A stretch of 64,000 bases of DNA from an uncultured Acidimicrobiia bacterium (lineage in GTDB: Bacteria > Actinomycetota > Acidimicrobiia > IMCC26256 > JAENVU01). Below the pieces are notes generated by a model. That model was not told the DNA's origin, did not search any database, and worked only from the letters and a program-made list of their open reading frames with translations. The stretch is taken from assembly GCA_963701625.1 (NCBI GenBank), contig CAVPAT010000013.1, forward strand, positions 611,215 to 675,214, in the 5' to 3' direction. Position numbers and translations under genes: made by a program. Positions 8,716-20,334 of the stretch are shown piece by piece. Numbering within the stretch: position 1 is the first letter of the stretch; each line of letters begins with the position of its first letter.

Positions 8716-11630
8716 CCAGTCCCCGAGGCTGGAGAAGACCTGAGCGATCCACAGGCGCAGAAACGCCTTGGACCCGAACAGGCGAAAGGATTCCGGCGGG
8801 ACCGGGTTCTCCTCGTCGCCCGCCGGAATGAACGGGGCGGGGTCAGCGCCGGGCCGGCGATCCGGCGGCGGCGCCGGTGGGTCAGGTCGCGGTCACCGGT
8901 CGCGAGCGCGTCGAGCGCGGCCGCGTTGGTTGCCGATTTCTTCGCCTTCGCCTTCTTGGCGGCCGCGCTGGTTCCCTTCTTCACGACCCGCGTCGTGCCG
9001 ACCGCAGACTTCTTGGCGGCCTTCTTGGCCGGCTTCTTCTTGGCGGCCTTCTTCTTCGCGGCCTTCTTGGCCGGCTTCTTGGCGGCCTTCTTCGTCGGAC
9101 CCTTCGCGGCGCGCTCGCGCAACAGGTCGATCGCCTCTTCGAAGGTGATCGTCTCGGGGTCGAGGCCGCGACGCACCGTGGCGTTGGTGGTTCCGTCAGT
9201 CACGTAAGGACCGAAACGACCCTCGAGCACGCGCACCGGCGCCCCCGTGTCCGGGCTCGGACCGAACTCCTGGATCGGAGGCTTCGTCCGCTGATTCCGC
9301 CCCCGCTTGGGTTGGGCGAAGATCGTCTCGGCCTCGGCGAGGCTGACCGTGAAGATCTGATCCTCGGTCTCGAGGCTCCGGCTGTCCGTCCCCTTCTTCA
9401 GATACGGCCCGTAGCGACCGTTCTGCGCGGTGATCTCGTTGCCCTCGGCATCCGCGCCCACCACCCGCGGCAGCGACAAAAGCCGCAGGGCGTCGTCGAT
9501 GTCGACGGTGTCGGGGTCCATGCTCTTGAACAGCGACGCCCGTGGCGGCTTGGCCTTCGAGCCTTCCTCCAGGCGACCGAGCTGGACGAATGGTCCGAAG
9601 CGACCCGTGAGCACCAGCACTTCTTGCCCACTCGCCGGATCGATGCCCAACTCACGGGGACCGCCGGCGCCCTTTTCGATCAGTTCCCGGGCCCGCTCGA
9701 GCGTCAACTCGTCGGGCACCATGTCTGCGGGCATCGGGCACTTCTCGTCGCCCGCATGGATGGACTCTCCGGTGTTCCACACCCGCACCACGTACTCGGT
9801 GCCCGCGTCGTCGGTACCGAGCACGATCTTGTTGACCTCGCTCATGTCGATGGTGGTGAGGTTCTCCTCCGACACCAGCTCCTTGAGCCCGCGCGTGCCA
9901 TTCCCGAAGTAGAAGGAGTGGAGCCACTTCTCGGCCTCGGCTTCTCCTCGGGCGACCGCATCGAGTGCCTCTTCCATCGCCGCCGTGAAGCCGTAGTCCA
10001 CGAGGTGGGCGAAGTAGCGCTCGAGCAGCTGGGTCTTCGCGAAGGCCGTCCATGACGGCACCAACGCGGAACCCTTCTTCCACACGTAGCCGCGCTCACT
10101 CGTGATCGTGTTGATGATCGATGCGTAGGTCGACGGGCGACCGATGCCGGAGTCCTCCAACACCTTGACCAGGGTCGCCTCGGTGTAGCGGGCCGGGGGC
10201 TGGGTCGTGTGTCCGAGTGCCTCGAGCCCGGCGCAGCTCACGCCCTCGCCCTCGCCGACGGTCGGGAGGACGGCCTCGCCCTCATCGGACGCACCCGGGT
10301 CTTCGCTCACGTCCACGTAGGCCATGCGGAATCCGAGGAACTCATAGGACTTGCCCGACGCCCGGAACACGACGTCCTCGCCTGACGATGACGAACCCCC
10401 GAGTCGGACCGTGACCCGGCGACCCCGTGCGTCGGTCATCTGGCTCGCGACGGTCCGCATCCAGATCAGCTCGTACAACTGCTGCTCGTCGCGAGACAAC
10501 TCGCCGCGCACTTCTTCCGGTGTCCGGAACGCGGCGCCGGAAGGTCGAATCGCCTCGTGGGCCTCCTGCGCGTTCTTGGTCTTGTTCGAGAACGTCCGCG
10601 GCGCCGGCGGGAGGTACGCCTGACCGAACCGCTCCACGATCTGCGACCGAGCAGCGTCGATTGCCTGACCCGAGAGACTGATCGAGTCGGTTCGCATATA
10701 GGTGATGTAACCCCGCTCGTACAGCCCCTGCGCAACCGACATCGTGCGGCCGGCACTGAAGCGCAACTTGTTGCCGGCCTCCTGCTGCAACGTCGTGGTC
10801 TTGAACGGCGGCTTCGGCCGCTCGATGAAGTCCTTGGCTTCGACGGACCGTACGGCGTAGCTCGTCGATTCGAGCCGGCCCGCGAGCGCCCGCGCATCGG
10901 ACTCCTGCAAATGAGCGACGTTGGAATCCTCGGCGAGGCGCCCGGTGGCCGAGTCGAAGTCGCGGCTGCCGGCGACGCGCCGGCCGTCGAGCTCGACGAG
11001 TCGAGCGCCGAATTCGGTCCCGCGCGCCGCGAACCGACCGTCGAGATCCCAGTATTCGGCGGCGCGAAACGCCATGCGTTCGCGTTCGCGTTCGACAACG
11101 AGTCGCACCGCGACGCTCTGCACCCGGCCGGCCGATCGAGCGCCCCCGACGCGACGCCAGAGCACCGGCGAGACCTCGTAGCCCACGAGGCGGTCGAGCG
11201 TGCGGCGACCTTCCTGAGCCTCGACCAGGCGCATGTCCAGTTCGCGCGGGTTCGCGATGGCCCCGTCGATCGCCTCCCGGGTGATCTCGTGGAAGACCAT
11301 GCGCCGCACCGCCGTCTTGGGCTTGAGCACCTCGATCAGATGCCAGGCGATGGCCTCGCCCTCCCGGTCCTCATCGGTCGCGAGGTACAGCTCGTCGGCA
11401 TCCTTGAGCGCCCGCCGCAGGGTTCCGACGACGTCCTTGGCCCGGCCCTCGGGCGGTGCGTACTCGAGGCGGAAGTGATCCTCGACATCCACGCCGAGGC
11501 CCTTGCGCGGCAGGTCCCGGACGTGTCCGAAACTCGCCAGCACCGTGAAATCGGCACCGAGGAACCGGCCGATCGTGTCGGCCTTGGTCTTCGATTCGAC
11601 GATCACCAACGACTTCGGCATCGGCGCCAC
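8460..11630 (-). CDS. topA: DNA topoisomerase I (3' end as sequenced reads through into the MFS gene)
   Basis: SLVIVESKTKADTIGRFLG Toprim start, a conserved type IA core, and a Lys/Ala-rich basic tail (KKAAKKPAKKAAKKKAAKKK). After about 8900 the translation becomes Arg-rich nonsense overlapping the MFS gene out of frame. The real stop is probably near 8843-8900. Confidence 0.9.
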   Translation of the reverse strand: MAPMPKSLVIVESKTKADTIGRFLGADFTVLASFGHVRDLPRKGLGVDVEDHFRLEYAPPEGRAKDVVGTLRRALKDADELYLATDEDREGEAIAWHLIEVLKPKTAVRRMVFHEITREAIDGAIANPRELDMRLVEAQEGRRTLDRLVGYEVSPVLWRRVGGARSAGRVQSVAVRLVVERERERMAFRAAEYWDLDGRFAARGTEFGARLVELDGRRVAGSRDFDSATGRLAEDSNVAHLQESDARALAGRLESTSYAVRSVEAKDFIERPKPPFKTTTLQQEAGNKLRFSAGRTMSVAQGLYERGYITYMRTDSISLSGQAIDAARSQIVERFGQAYLPPAPRTFSNKTKNAQEAHEAIRPSGAAFRTPEEVRGELSRDEQQLYELIWMRTVASQMTDARGRRVTVRLGGSSSSGEDVVFRASGKSYEFLGFRMAYVDVSEDPGASDEGEAVLPTVGEGEGVSCAGLEALGHTTQPPARYTEATLVKVLEDSGIGRPSTYASIINTITSERGYVWKKGSALVPSWTAFAKTQLLERYFAHLVDYGFTAAMEEALDAVARGEAEAEKWLHSFYFGNGTRGLKELVSEENLTTIDMSEVNKIVLGTDDAGTEYVVRVWNTGESIHAGDEKCPMPADMVPDELTLERARELIEKGAGGPRELGIDPASGQEVLVLTGRFGPFVQLGRLEEGSKAKPPRASLFKSMDPDTVDIDDALRLLSLPRVVGADAEGNEITAQNGRYGPYLKKGTDSRSLETEDQIFTVSLAEAETIFAQPKRGRNQRTKPPIQEFGPSPDTGAPVRVLEGRFGPYVTDGTTNATVRRGLDPETITFEEAIDLLRERAAKGPTKKAAKKPAKKAAKKKAAKKKPAKKAAKKSAVGTTRVVKKGTSAAAKKAKAKKSATNAAALDALATGDRDLTHRRRRRIAGPALTPPRSFRRATRRTRSRRNPFACSGPRRFCACGSLRSSPASGTGWDSSRSWGSPATCRTTPRPRSAWSWGHGCSPGSSSPRSAASWSTGSTGARSWSSATSAGPRSSARCRSSPACGCSWSRRSSSRS

Positions 11631-11725
11631 TTCGGGTCAGGGGAGAGCTGGGAACGGAGCGACGGTAGCGGAGCACCCCCACCTGATGCCCGGATCCTCC
11701 GATCGACGGGTCCTAGAGTGCCCCG

Positions 11726-12409
11726 ATGCTCGCCAGTATCACCGACACCATCAACCCGGACCATCTCATCCGTACGTTCGGGACAATCGGGTTGTTCTTG
11801 ATCATCTTCGCGGAGTCCGGGCTCCTGATCGGGTTCTTCCTCCCCGGCGATTCGCTCCTGTTCACCGCCGGCCTGTTCGCAGCCAGAGGCGATCTGAACA
11901 TCGCGGTCATTCTGACCGGATGCTTCGTCGCCGCAGTCCTCGGCGACCAGGTCGGATACGCCTTCGGGAAGCGGGTCGGGCCCTCGATCTTCAAACGACC
12001 CGACTCCCGCCTGTTCAAGCAGGAGTACATCGAGCGCGCGAACGACTTCTTCGAAGAACACGGCGCCAAGACGATCGTCATGGCCCGTTTCGTGCCAGTG
12101 GTACGCACGTTCGCGCCGATCCTCGCCGGCGTCGGGACGATGCGGTACCGGACCTTTCTGACCTACAACATCGTCGGCGGGTTCCTGTGGGCGGTCGGCG
12201 TGACCAGCCTCGGCTACTTCCTCGGCGACGCCATCGGTGCGGACAACGTCGACAAGTACCTGTTGCCGATCATCGCGGTCGTCATCCTGATCTCGCTGAT
12301 CCCACCGCTGCTCGAGTACCGCAAGCACAAGCGTCGGGCCGTGCAGCCCGTCGACGAGGAAACCGCCGAAGCCAAGGCGGAGCACCTCCACGACATCGTC
12401 GACGACTGA
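11726..12409 (+). CDS. DedA/VTT-domain membrane protein
   Basis: 227-aa ORF with FAESGLLIGFFLPGDSLLFTAG and RFVPVVRTFAPILAG motifs. Confidence 0.8.
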   Translation: MLASITDTINPDHLIRTFGTIGLFLIIFAESGLLIGFFLPGDSLLFTAGLFAARGDLNIAVILTGCFVAAVLGDQVGYAFGKRVGPSIFKRPDSRLFKQEYIERANDFFEEHGAKTIVMARFVPVVRTFAPILAGVGTMRYRTFLTYNIVGGFLWAVGVTSLGYFLGDAIGADNVDKYLLPIIAVVILISLIPPLLEYRKHKRRAVQPVDEETAEAKAEHLHDIVDD

Positions 12410-12481
12410 GGATCCCGCACCGTATCGGCCCGCCGGTCGGAGCCGACGAGCAGCGCCGACCAGGATCCGACGATCAGGTGC

Positions 12482-14835
<2,354 letters not shown>

Positions 14836-14983
14836 CAGTGTGGGATCTCCTTGCGAGCGAACATGGACCTGCTGGTGAGGACGAGTGCCGTCGAGCCCCC
14901 GACACCCGAACGGTGGGACCGTACGGGCCTCGTCACAAGCCGGTCAATCTAGCGAAGCTGATCCGGCCTCGGCCGATTGGGGC

Positions 14984-16840
14984 TCAGGACTCGATGTGAT
15001 ACGGCACGGAGGTCACGACGGTGCCCTTGCGGAAGAGCAGCCGACCCTTGAGGAACAGGGCGCTCTGGTTGTGGAGCAGTTGCCCCCACCAGGATCCGAC
15101 GACGAACTCGGGGATCACGATCGTGACGATGTCGTTGCTCCGGGTCGCGTCGAGCTCGTCGACGAACCGCAGCACCGGCCGAGCGAGCTCGCGGTACGGC
15201 GAGAACACGATCTCGAGGGGCACGTCGATGCCGAATTGCGCCCACTGTTGGGCGATCTTCTCCTGCTCCTCCTCGTCGGAGACGACCGTGACGGCCAGCA
15301 GGCGTGACGGACGCATCGACCGGGCGTAGGCGAGCGCCTCGAGGACGCCCCGGTGCACCGAGCCGACCAGCACCACCACGGTGTGGTTCATCGGCCGGGA
15401 CTGGTAGTCGACGTCGGCCTTGAGTCCCTCCTCGACGCTCTTGTAGTGGGAGTTGATCGACTTGAACAGCACGATGATCGCTGGAATCACCACGATCGGG
15501 ACCCACGCGCCGCTGCTGAACTTCGTGACCGCGACGATCAGCAGGATGACCAGCGTCGTGAACGCGCCGACGCCGTTGAGCCACGCGTTGAACCGCCAAC
15601 GGGGCTCGCGTTCCTTCAGGTGGTGGCGGACCATGCCGGCCTGCGACAGCGTGAACGAGGTGAAGACGCCGACCGCGTAGAGCGGGATCAGCGCGTTGGT
15701 GATGCCGCCGAACGCGACGATGAGCGCGCCGGCCATGACCGCGAGGACGAGCACGCCGTTGGAGAACACGAGGCGGTCCCCCCGGTTCGCGAGCTGGCGG
15801 GGCAGGTAGCCGTCCGAGGCGATGATCGACGACAGCCGAGGGAAGTCGGCGTAGGCGGTGTTCGCCGCCAGGGTGAGGATCGCCGCCGTCGCGATCTGGA
15901 GGAGCAGGTACAGCGGACCGTCACCGAAGACGAGCAGGCCCATCTGCGAGAACACCGTCTGCTGCTCGCTCGGGTACGGGTGCACATGGTGCGCGAGCAC
16001 CGAGACCCCGAAGAACAACGAGCCGAGGATCAACCCCATCGCGACGAGCGTCTTGGCGGCGTTCTTCGACTCCGGCCGCCGGAACGCCGGGACACCGTTG
16101 GAGATCGCCTCGACTCCGGTCAGCGCGACCGCGCCCGAGGAGAAGCCCTTGAGGATCAGGAACAGGCGTCAGGGTCCCGCCCGTCTCGCGGAGGCCGCCC
16201 GCCTCCTCGAACGCGTGCTCGTCGAACGGCACGTGGCCGAGGTTCCCGAAGAAGCCTCCCACAGACCCCAGACGATCAGGAGCGTCAGCATCACGATGTA
16301 GATGTAGGTCGGCACCGCGAACACCCGGCCGGACTCCTTGACCCCCCGCAGGTTCGCCACCGTGATGAGTGCGATGAGCCCAAGCGCCAGCGCCACCCGA
16401 TGGTCGGCCACACTCCGCAACGACGGGATCGACACGATGGCGGCGACGCCGGCCGAGATCGACACCGCGACGGTCAGGATGTAGTCGACGAGCAACGATG
16501 CGCCCGCGACCAGCGACGGCATCTCGCCGAGGTTCTCGCGGCTCACGACATAGGAACCGCCGCCACTCGGGTAGGCGAAGATCGTCTGGCGGTACGACGT
16601 GACGACGATCGCCAGAATGATCGCGACCGCGATCGAGATCGGGACGAGCATGTCGAGCCCGAGGGCCAGACTCGACGCGCCCAGCGCGGTGACGAAGAGG
16701 ATCTCCTCGGTCGCGTAGGCCGTGGAGGAGATCGCGTCGGACGAGAACACCGCGAGCCCGATCGACTTGGGGATTCGCTGGTGCTCCTGCTCCGCCGAGG
16801 ACAGCGGCCGACCCACCAGAATGCGCTTGACGACGGACAC
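14984..16840 (-). CDS. APC-superfamily permease-like membrane protein (Rv2690c-like), two apparent frameshifts
   Basis: Three collinear frame segments. The N-terminus (VKRILVGRPLSS...AISSTAYATEEI) comes from the ORF 16169..17206 frame. The short middle segment (FFGNLGHVPFDEHAFEEAGGLRETGG) comes from the ORF 15921..16925 frame. The C-terminus (LFLILKGFSSGAVALTGVEAISNGVPAF... to the end of ORF 14984..16039) is the third segment. Switches occur at about 16250-16262 and about 16160-16175. The GTG start at 16840 is tentative. Confidence 0.75.
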
Positions 16841-16927
16841 CGCGGCTCCAGAGCTCGGACGAACCGGCCGAGTCTGACACGTCCGAGGCCTGCCGCCCGG
16901 GCTTCGGAGGACTAGGTTTTCCCACTC

Positions 16928-17593
16928 ATGCGAGTCGCCATCGCCGGAGCCGGCAACGTCGGACAACACGCCGCCACCTCGCTGTTCGAGGCCGGCCACG
17001 AGGTGCTGCTGATCGAGCAGAACCAGAACGTGGTGGACCGAGCGTCGCTCGCGTCGGGCATCGAGTGGTACGTCGGCGATGCGTGCGAGGTCGCGTCGCT
17101 CCGCGAGGCCGGGCTCGAAACGTGCGAGGTCCTGGTCGCAGCCACGGGCGACGACGAGGACAACCTCGTCGTGTCGCTGCTGGCCAAGCAGGAGTTCGCG
17201 ATCCACGCGTCATCGCGCGGGTGAACCATCCGAAGAACGAGTGGATGTTCACCGAGAATTGGGGCGTCGATCTCTTCGTCTCGACCCCGACGCTCATCAC
17301 CGCGATGGTCGAGGAAGCGGTCAGCGTCGGCAAGCTCGTCGAGATCCTGCGGTTCGAAGGTGGCCTCGCCCGCCTCGTCGAGGTGACACTTGCCGACGAC
17401 GCCAGCGTCGTCGGTCAGGCCATCAAGGACATCTCACTGCCGCGCGAGGCCACGATCGTCGCGATCCTGCCGCGACGAGCACCTCGAGGTACCTCGAGGG
17501 GAGACCCGATTCCAGCCGGGCGACGAAGTCCTGGCCCTGGTCACGCCGGACTCCGAAGATCAGATCCGCACCATTCTCACGGGCACGACCTGA
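16928..17593 (+). CDS. trkA: TrkA-family K+ uptake regulatory protein (two apparent frameshifts)
   Basis: MRVAIAGAGNVG Rossmann start, then PRVIARVNHPKNEWMF... in a second frame. The CC at 17203-17204 would need to be CCC. Then RDEHLEVPRGETRFQPGDEVLALV in a third frame, with the switch at about 17469-17472. Confidence 0.85.
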
Positions 17594-17606
17594 TCGAGAT
17601 GCCCCG

Positions 17607-17960
17607 TCAGGGCAGCAGTTCGTACACAGGGTTGTAGACGACGAGCTCGTTGCCCTCGGTACCGACCACACCCTCGACGACGAGCCGTCGACCCGGCTTC
17701 ATCCCGCGCAACTTCGCCCGGCCGAGAAACACGGCCACCGCGGCGGCGCGCCCATCCGACACGGTCACCTCGATCGCCGGCGCACCGGCCCGGGGCACGA
17801 TGCGCAGGGAACGGACCTCGCCGGCGAACCGGACGGGCTTGCGCAGCGGCAACTCAGGAATCGGCGTCAGACCGAGACCGTCGCAGAAATCGACCAGCTG
17901 CACGCGGTCCGACTCCTCGGTGGACTGGCCCACCTTCTTGATGAATCCTCGGACACCCAA
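17607..17960 (-). CDS. OB-fold nucleic-acid-binding-domain-like small protein
   Basis: C-terminal roughly 117 aa of ORF 17607..18263 (VRFAGEVRSLRIVPRAGAPAIEVTVSDGRAAAVAVFLGR...LVVEGVV). Possible TTG start at 17960. In my memory of mycobacterial synteny, the position next to the trkA genes matches Rv2694c-type proteins. Confidence 0.5.
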   Translation of the reverse strand: MGVRGFIKKVGQSTEESDRVQLVDFCDGLGLTPIPELPLRKPVRFAGEVRSLRIVPRAGAPAIEVTVSDGRAAAVAVFLGRAKLRGMKPGRRLVVEGVVGTEGNELVVYNPVYELLP

Positions 17961-18058
17961 TGTTCCGCCCTCACCGCTCGATTGGAGGCGCTCTCCGGTT
18001 CCAGCACCGTACCGCCGATAGCATCGCCGCACTCGCTTCATCACCGCTGGAGGTTGCT

Positions 18059-18717
18059 GTGCACGTCGTCGTCGTCGGGTGTGGTCGGGTCGGCAGCGAG
18101 CTGGCCGGAACCCTGGAGCGGCAGGGCCACACGGTCGCGGTCGTCGACAAGAAGAAGGATGCCTTTCGCCGCCTTCCGAAGGGATTCGGGGGCTATCGGA
18201 TCGTGGGCTTCGGGTTCGATCGCGACACCCTCGGCGAAGCGGGCATCGCCGACGCCGGCGCATTCGCCGCCGTGACCAGCGGCGACAACTCCAACATCAT
18301 GGCCGCGCGGTGGCCCGCGAGACCTTTCAGGTCGACCGGGTCGTCGCCCGCATCTACGACCCGCGCCGCGCGCTGATCTACCAACGCCTCGGAATCCCGA
18401 CCGTGGCCACGGTCTCGTGGACGACCGATCAAGTCCTACGCCGGCTTCTCCCCGAGGACACCGCCGCCGAATGGACCGACTCGTCGAGTTCGGTCGGCCT
18501 CATCGAGCGGGATCTCCCCGCAGCCTGGGCCGGCAAGAAGCTCGCCGACCTCGATGAGCCAGGCGTGTTCTCCCTCGCGGCCATCACCCGACTCGGTACT
18601 GCGCAGGTTGCTCGGGCCGACCTCGTCGGCCAGGACGGCGACATCCTCCATGTCATGGCGAAGCTCGAAGCCATCAGGTCGCTCGACCAGCGCCTCGCCG
18701 ACGGCCCGGACCACTGA
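18059..18717 (+). CDS. trkA: TrkA-family K+ uptake regulatory protein (apparent frameshift)
   Basis: GTG start; VHVVVVGCGRVGSELA Rossmann motif. The second part (VARETFQVDRVVARIYDPRRALIYQRLGI...) is in the frame of ORF 18079..18717. The switch is at GG 18309-18310, where GGG would be expected. Confidence 0.85.
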
Positions 18718-18769
18718 GCCCGCCGGTCCTGCCACCAGTGGCACCCGGCGAGGTGGCATCCTGACGGGC

Positions 18770-19396
18770 TTGTTCTCCCCGCGAAACCTCCCAGCAACGC
18801 TCATCGTCGCAACCATTGCCGCGCTCCTCGGCGCCTGTTCGAGCGGCGGTTCCAACGCCGTTGCCACCTCGACCACCATCGCCCGCAGCACGAAGGTGAC
18901 GGCGCGGGTGGGAGCCGTGTCGGTCCCCTCGCCCCGCCCGATGGTCCAGTTCTCCACCGAGGACCAGGACGGCATCCTCGCCGCCGTCGAGCAGTACATC
19001 CACCGCGCCACCCTCGCCCCGCTCGACGGCGAAGCCGTCGACCTACGCCCGATCCTCAGCGCGGCGTCCGCGGCGTCGATGTCGGCCAGCGACCGCGATG
19101 CCGTCGAGGACAACGGCGCGCCACCAGCCACGGGCAAGGTCGATGTCTCCCTCGAACCCGTCGACATCACGGCGTTGGTCGACGAGAACGGCGCGATCGA
19201 CCTCGCGGCCACGAGCCTGGACTTGGCCGTCGAGGCCCCCACCGCGCAGGGACCGCTCACGATCCACCGATCCGGTGAGCTGACCTGGGTTCGCGAAGCC
19301 GGCGCGTGGAAGATCCTCGGCTTCACCCTCATCGTCGAACGGGACGGCCCGGGGCTCGGCGTCGAACCGTCGACCACCACCGGGAGCGTTCCATGA
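18770..19396 (+). CDS. lipoprotein of unknown function
   Basis: Candidate TTG start gives MFSPRNLPATLIVATIAALLGAC with the lipobox LLGAC. It is the 3' part of ORF 18554..19396. Its stop overlaps the ATG of the next gene (ATGA). Confidence 0.55.
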   Translation: MFSPRNLPATLIVATIAALLGACSSGGSNAVATSTTIARSTKVTARVGAVSVPSPRPMVQFSTEDQDGILAAVEQYIHRATLAPLDGEAVDLRPILSAASAASMSASDRDAVEDNGAPPATGKVDVSLEPVDITALVDENGAIDLAATSLDLAVEAPTAQGPLTIHRSGELTWVREAGAWKILGFTLIVERDGPGLGVEPSTTTGSVP

Positions 19397-20309
19397 TCCG
19401 CCGCCACCCGTACCGGACCATCTTCGTCGTCGTCCCGTTCGTCACCGCGATCGCGTTCGGGTCGCTCATGGCCCTCTGGCTCGCCGGCGTCCAGGTCCCC
19501 GGCGCGTCGGCGCAGCGATGGTTCACCCTGACCAAGACCGCTGTCGCCGACTACACACCGACCACGAACGAACCGATCTTCATCCTCGCAATCGGTAACG
19601 ACGGTCGGACCGGCGACACCGTGACCCGCGGCGACGCGATCCATCTCATCGGCATCAACCCCGGCCTCCACCAGGGCACGATGCTCGACTTCCCCGCGAC
19701 ACGGGGTTGGCGATTCCCGGCCACGGCGTGGACAAGGTGAATGCCGCACACGCTGCAGGCGGTCCCCGGCTCCAGGCGGACACCATCGCCGCCGCGGTCG
19801 GCGTCCCCATCCCGTACGTGATCGACACCGACTTCGACGGGTTCCGGGACATGGTGGACGCGATCGGCGGCCTGACGGTCAACGTCCCGTTCGAGATGAA
19901 AGACAAGTTCAGTGGCGCCGATTTCGCTCCCGGCGTTCAGACCCTGACCGGTTCGCAGGCCCTGGCGTACGCCCGGAATCGCCACCAGTTTCCGAACAGC
20001 GACCTCACTCGGACGCAGAACCAGGGGTACCTGATCCTCCAGGCCCTGGCCCAGTTCCGGGCCGCGAACACCGGGCCGAGCGGCACCCTCGAGCTCGTCG
20101 CGACGCTCGGCCGCCACGCCCAGCTCGAAGGAATCGGGGTCAAGGACCTGTACCCCCTCGCACGGCTCGGCCTTTCGATCGATCCGTCGAACATGCGCAA
20201 CGTCCTGGTGCCGGTGTCCAGTGGCAGCGGGAGCCGGCTGCAACTCGGGGCCGACGCGCTGAGCCTGTTCCAGGACTTCGCCGACGACGCCATTCTCCAA
20301 TCTCACTGA
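19393..20309 (+). CDS. LytR-CpsA-Psr (LCP) family protein (apparent frameshift)
   Basis: N-terminal TM segment plus ILAIGNDGRTGD...GDAIHLIGINP. After the C4 run at 19692-19695 (C5 is needed) it continues as RDTGLAIPGHGVDKVNAAHAAGG...DGFRDMVDAIGGLTVNV... in ORF 19707..20309. Confidence 0.8.
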
Positions 20310-20334
20310 CGCACCATCGTGCGAAGCTGGGGCG

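Noticed and set aside
8930-9110. Low-complexity tandem-looking repeat (cttcttggcggcc variants)
   Set aside because: It is the coding sequence of the Lys/Ala-rich basic C-terminal tail of topoisomerase I, (K/A)n. It is not a non-coding repeat or a CRISPR-like array.
15353-16915. A 520-aa plus-strand ORF, with similar ones at 48601..50370, 7978..9207, 8877..10055, 10557..11801, 18436..19749 and 23965..25449
   Set aside because: All lie opposite or out of frame to genes with clear homology-type motifs. They have extreme Arg/Asp/Gly composition and no start-site context. I treat them as non-coding frames.
17482-17499. An 18-nt perfect palindrome CCTCGAGGTACCTCGAGG (XhoI-KpnI-XhoI), which looks like a cloning polylinker or scar
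   Set aside because: It lies inside trkA and encodes HLEVPRG. That fits the conserved ...VPRG(D/E)T... segment of TrkA C-terminal domains. There is no flanking vector-like sequence, so it is most likely a coincidence.
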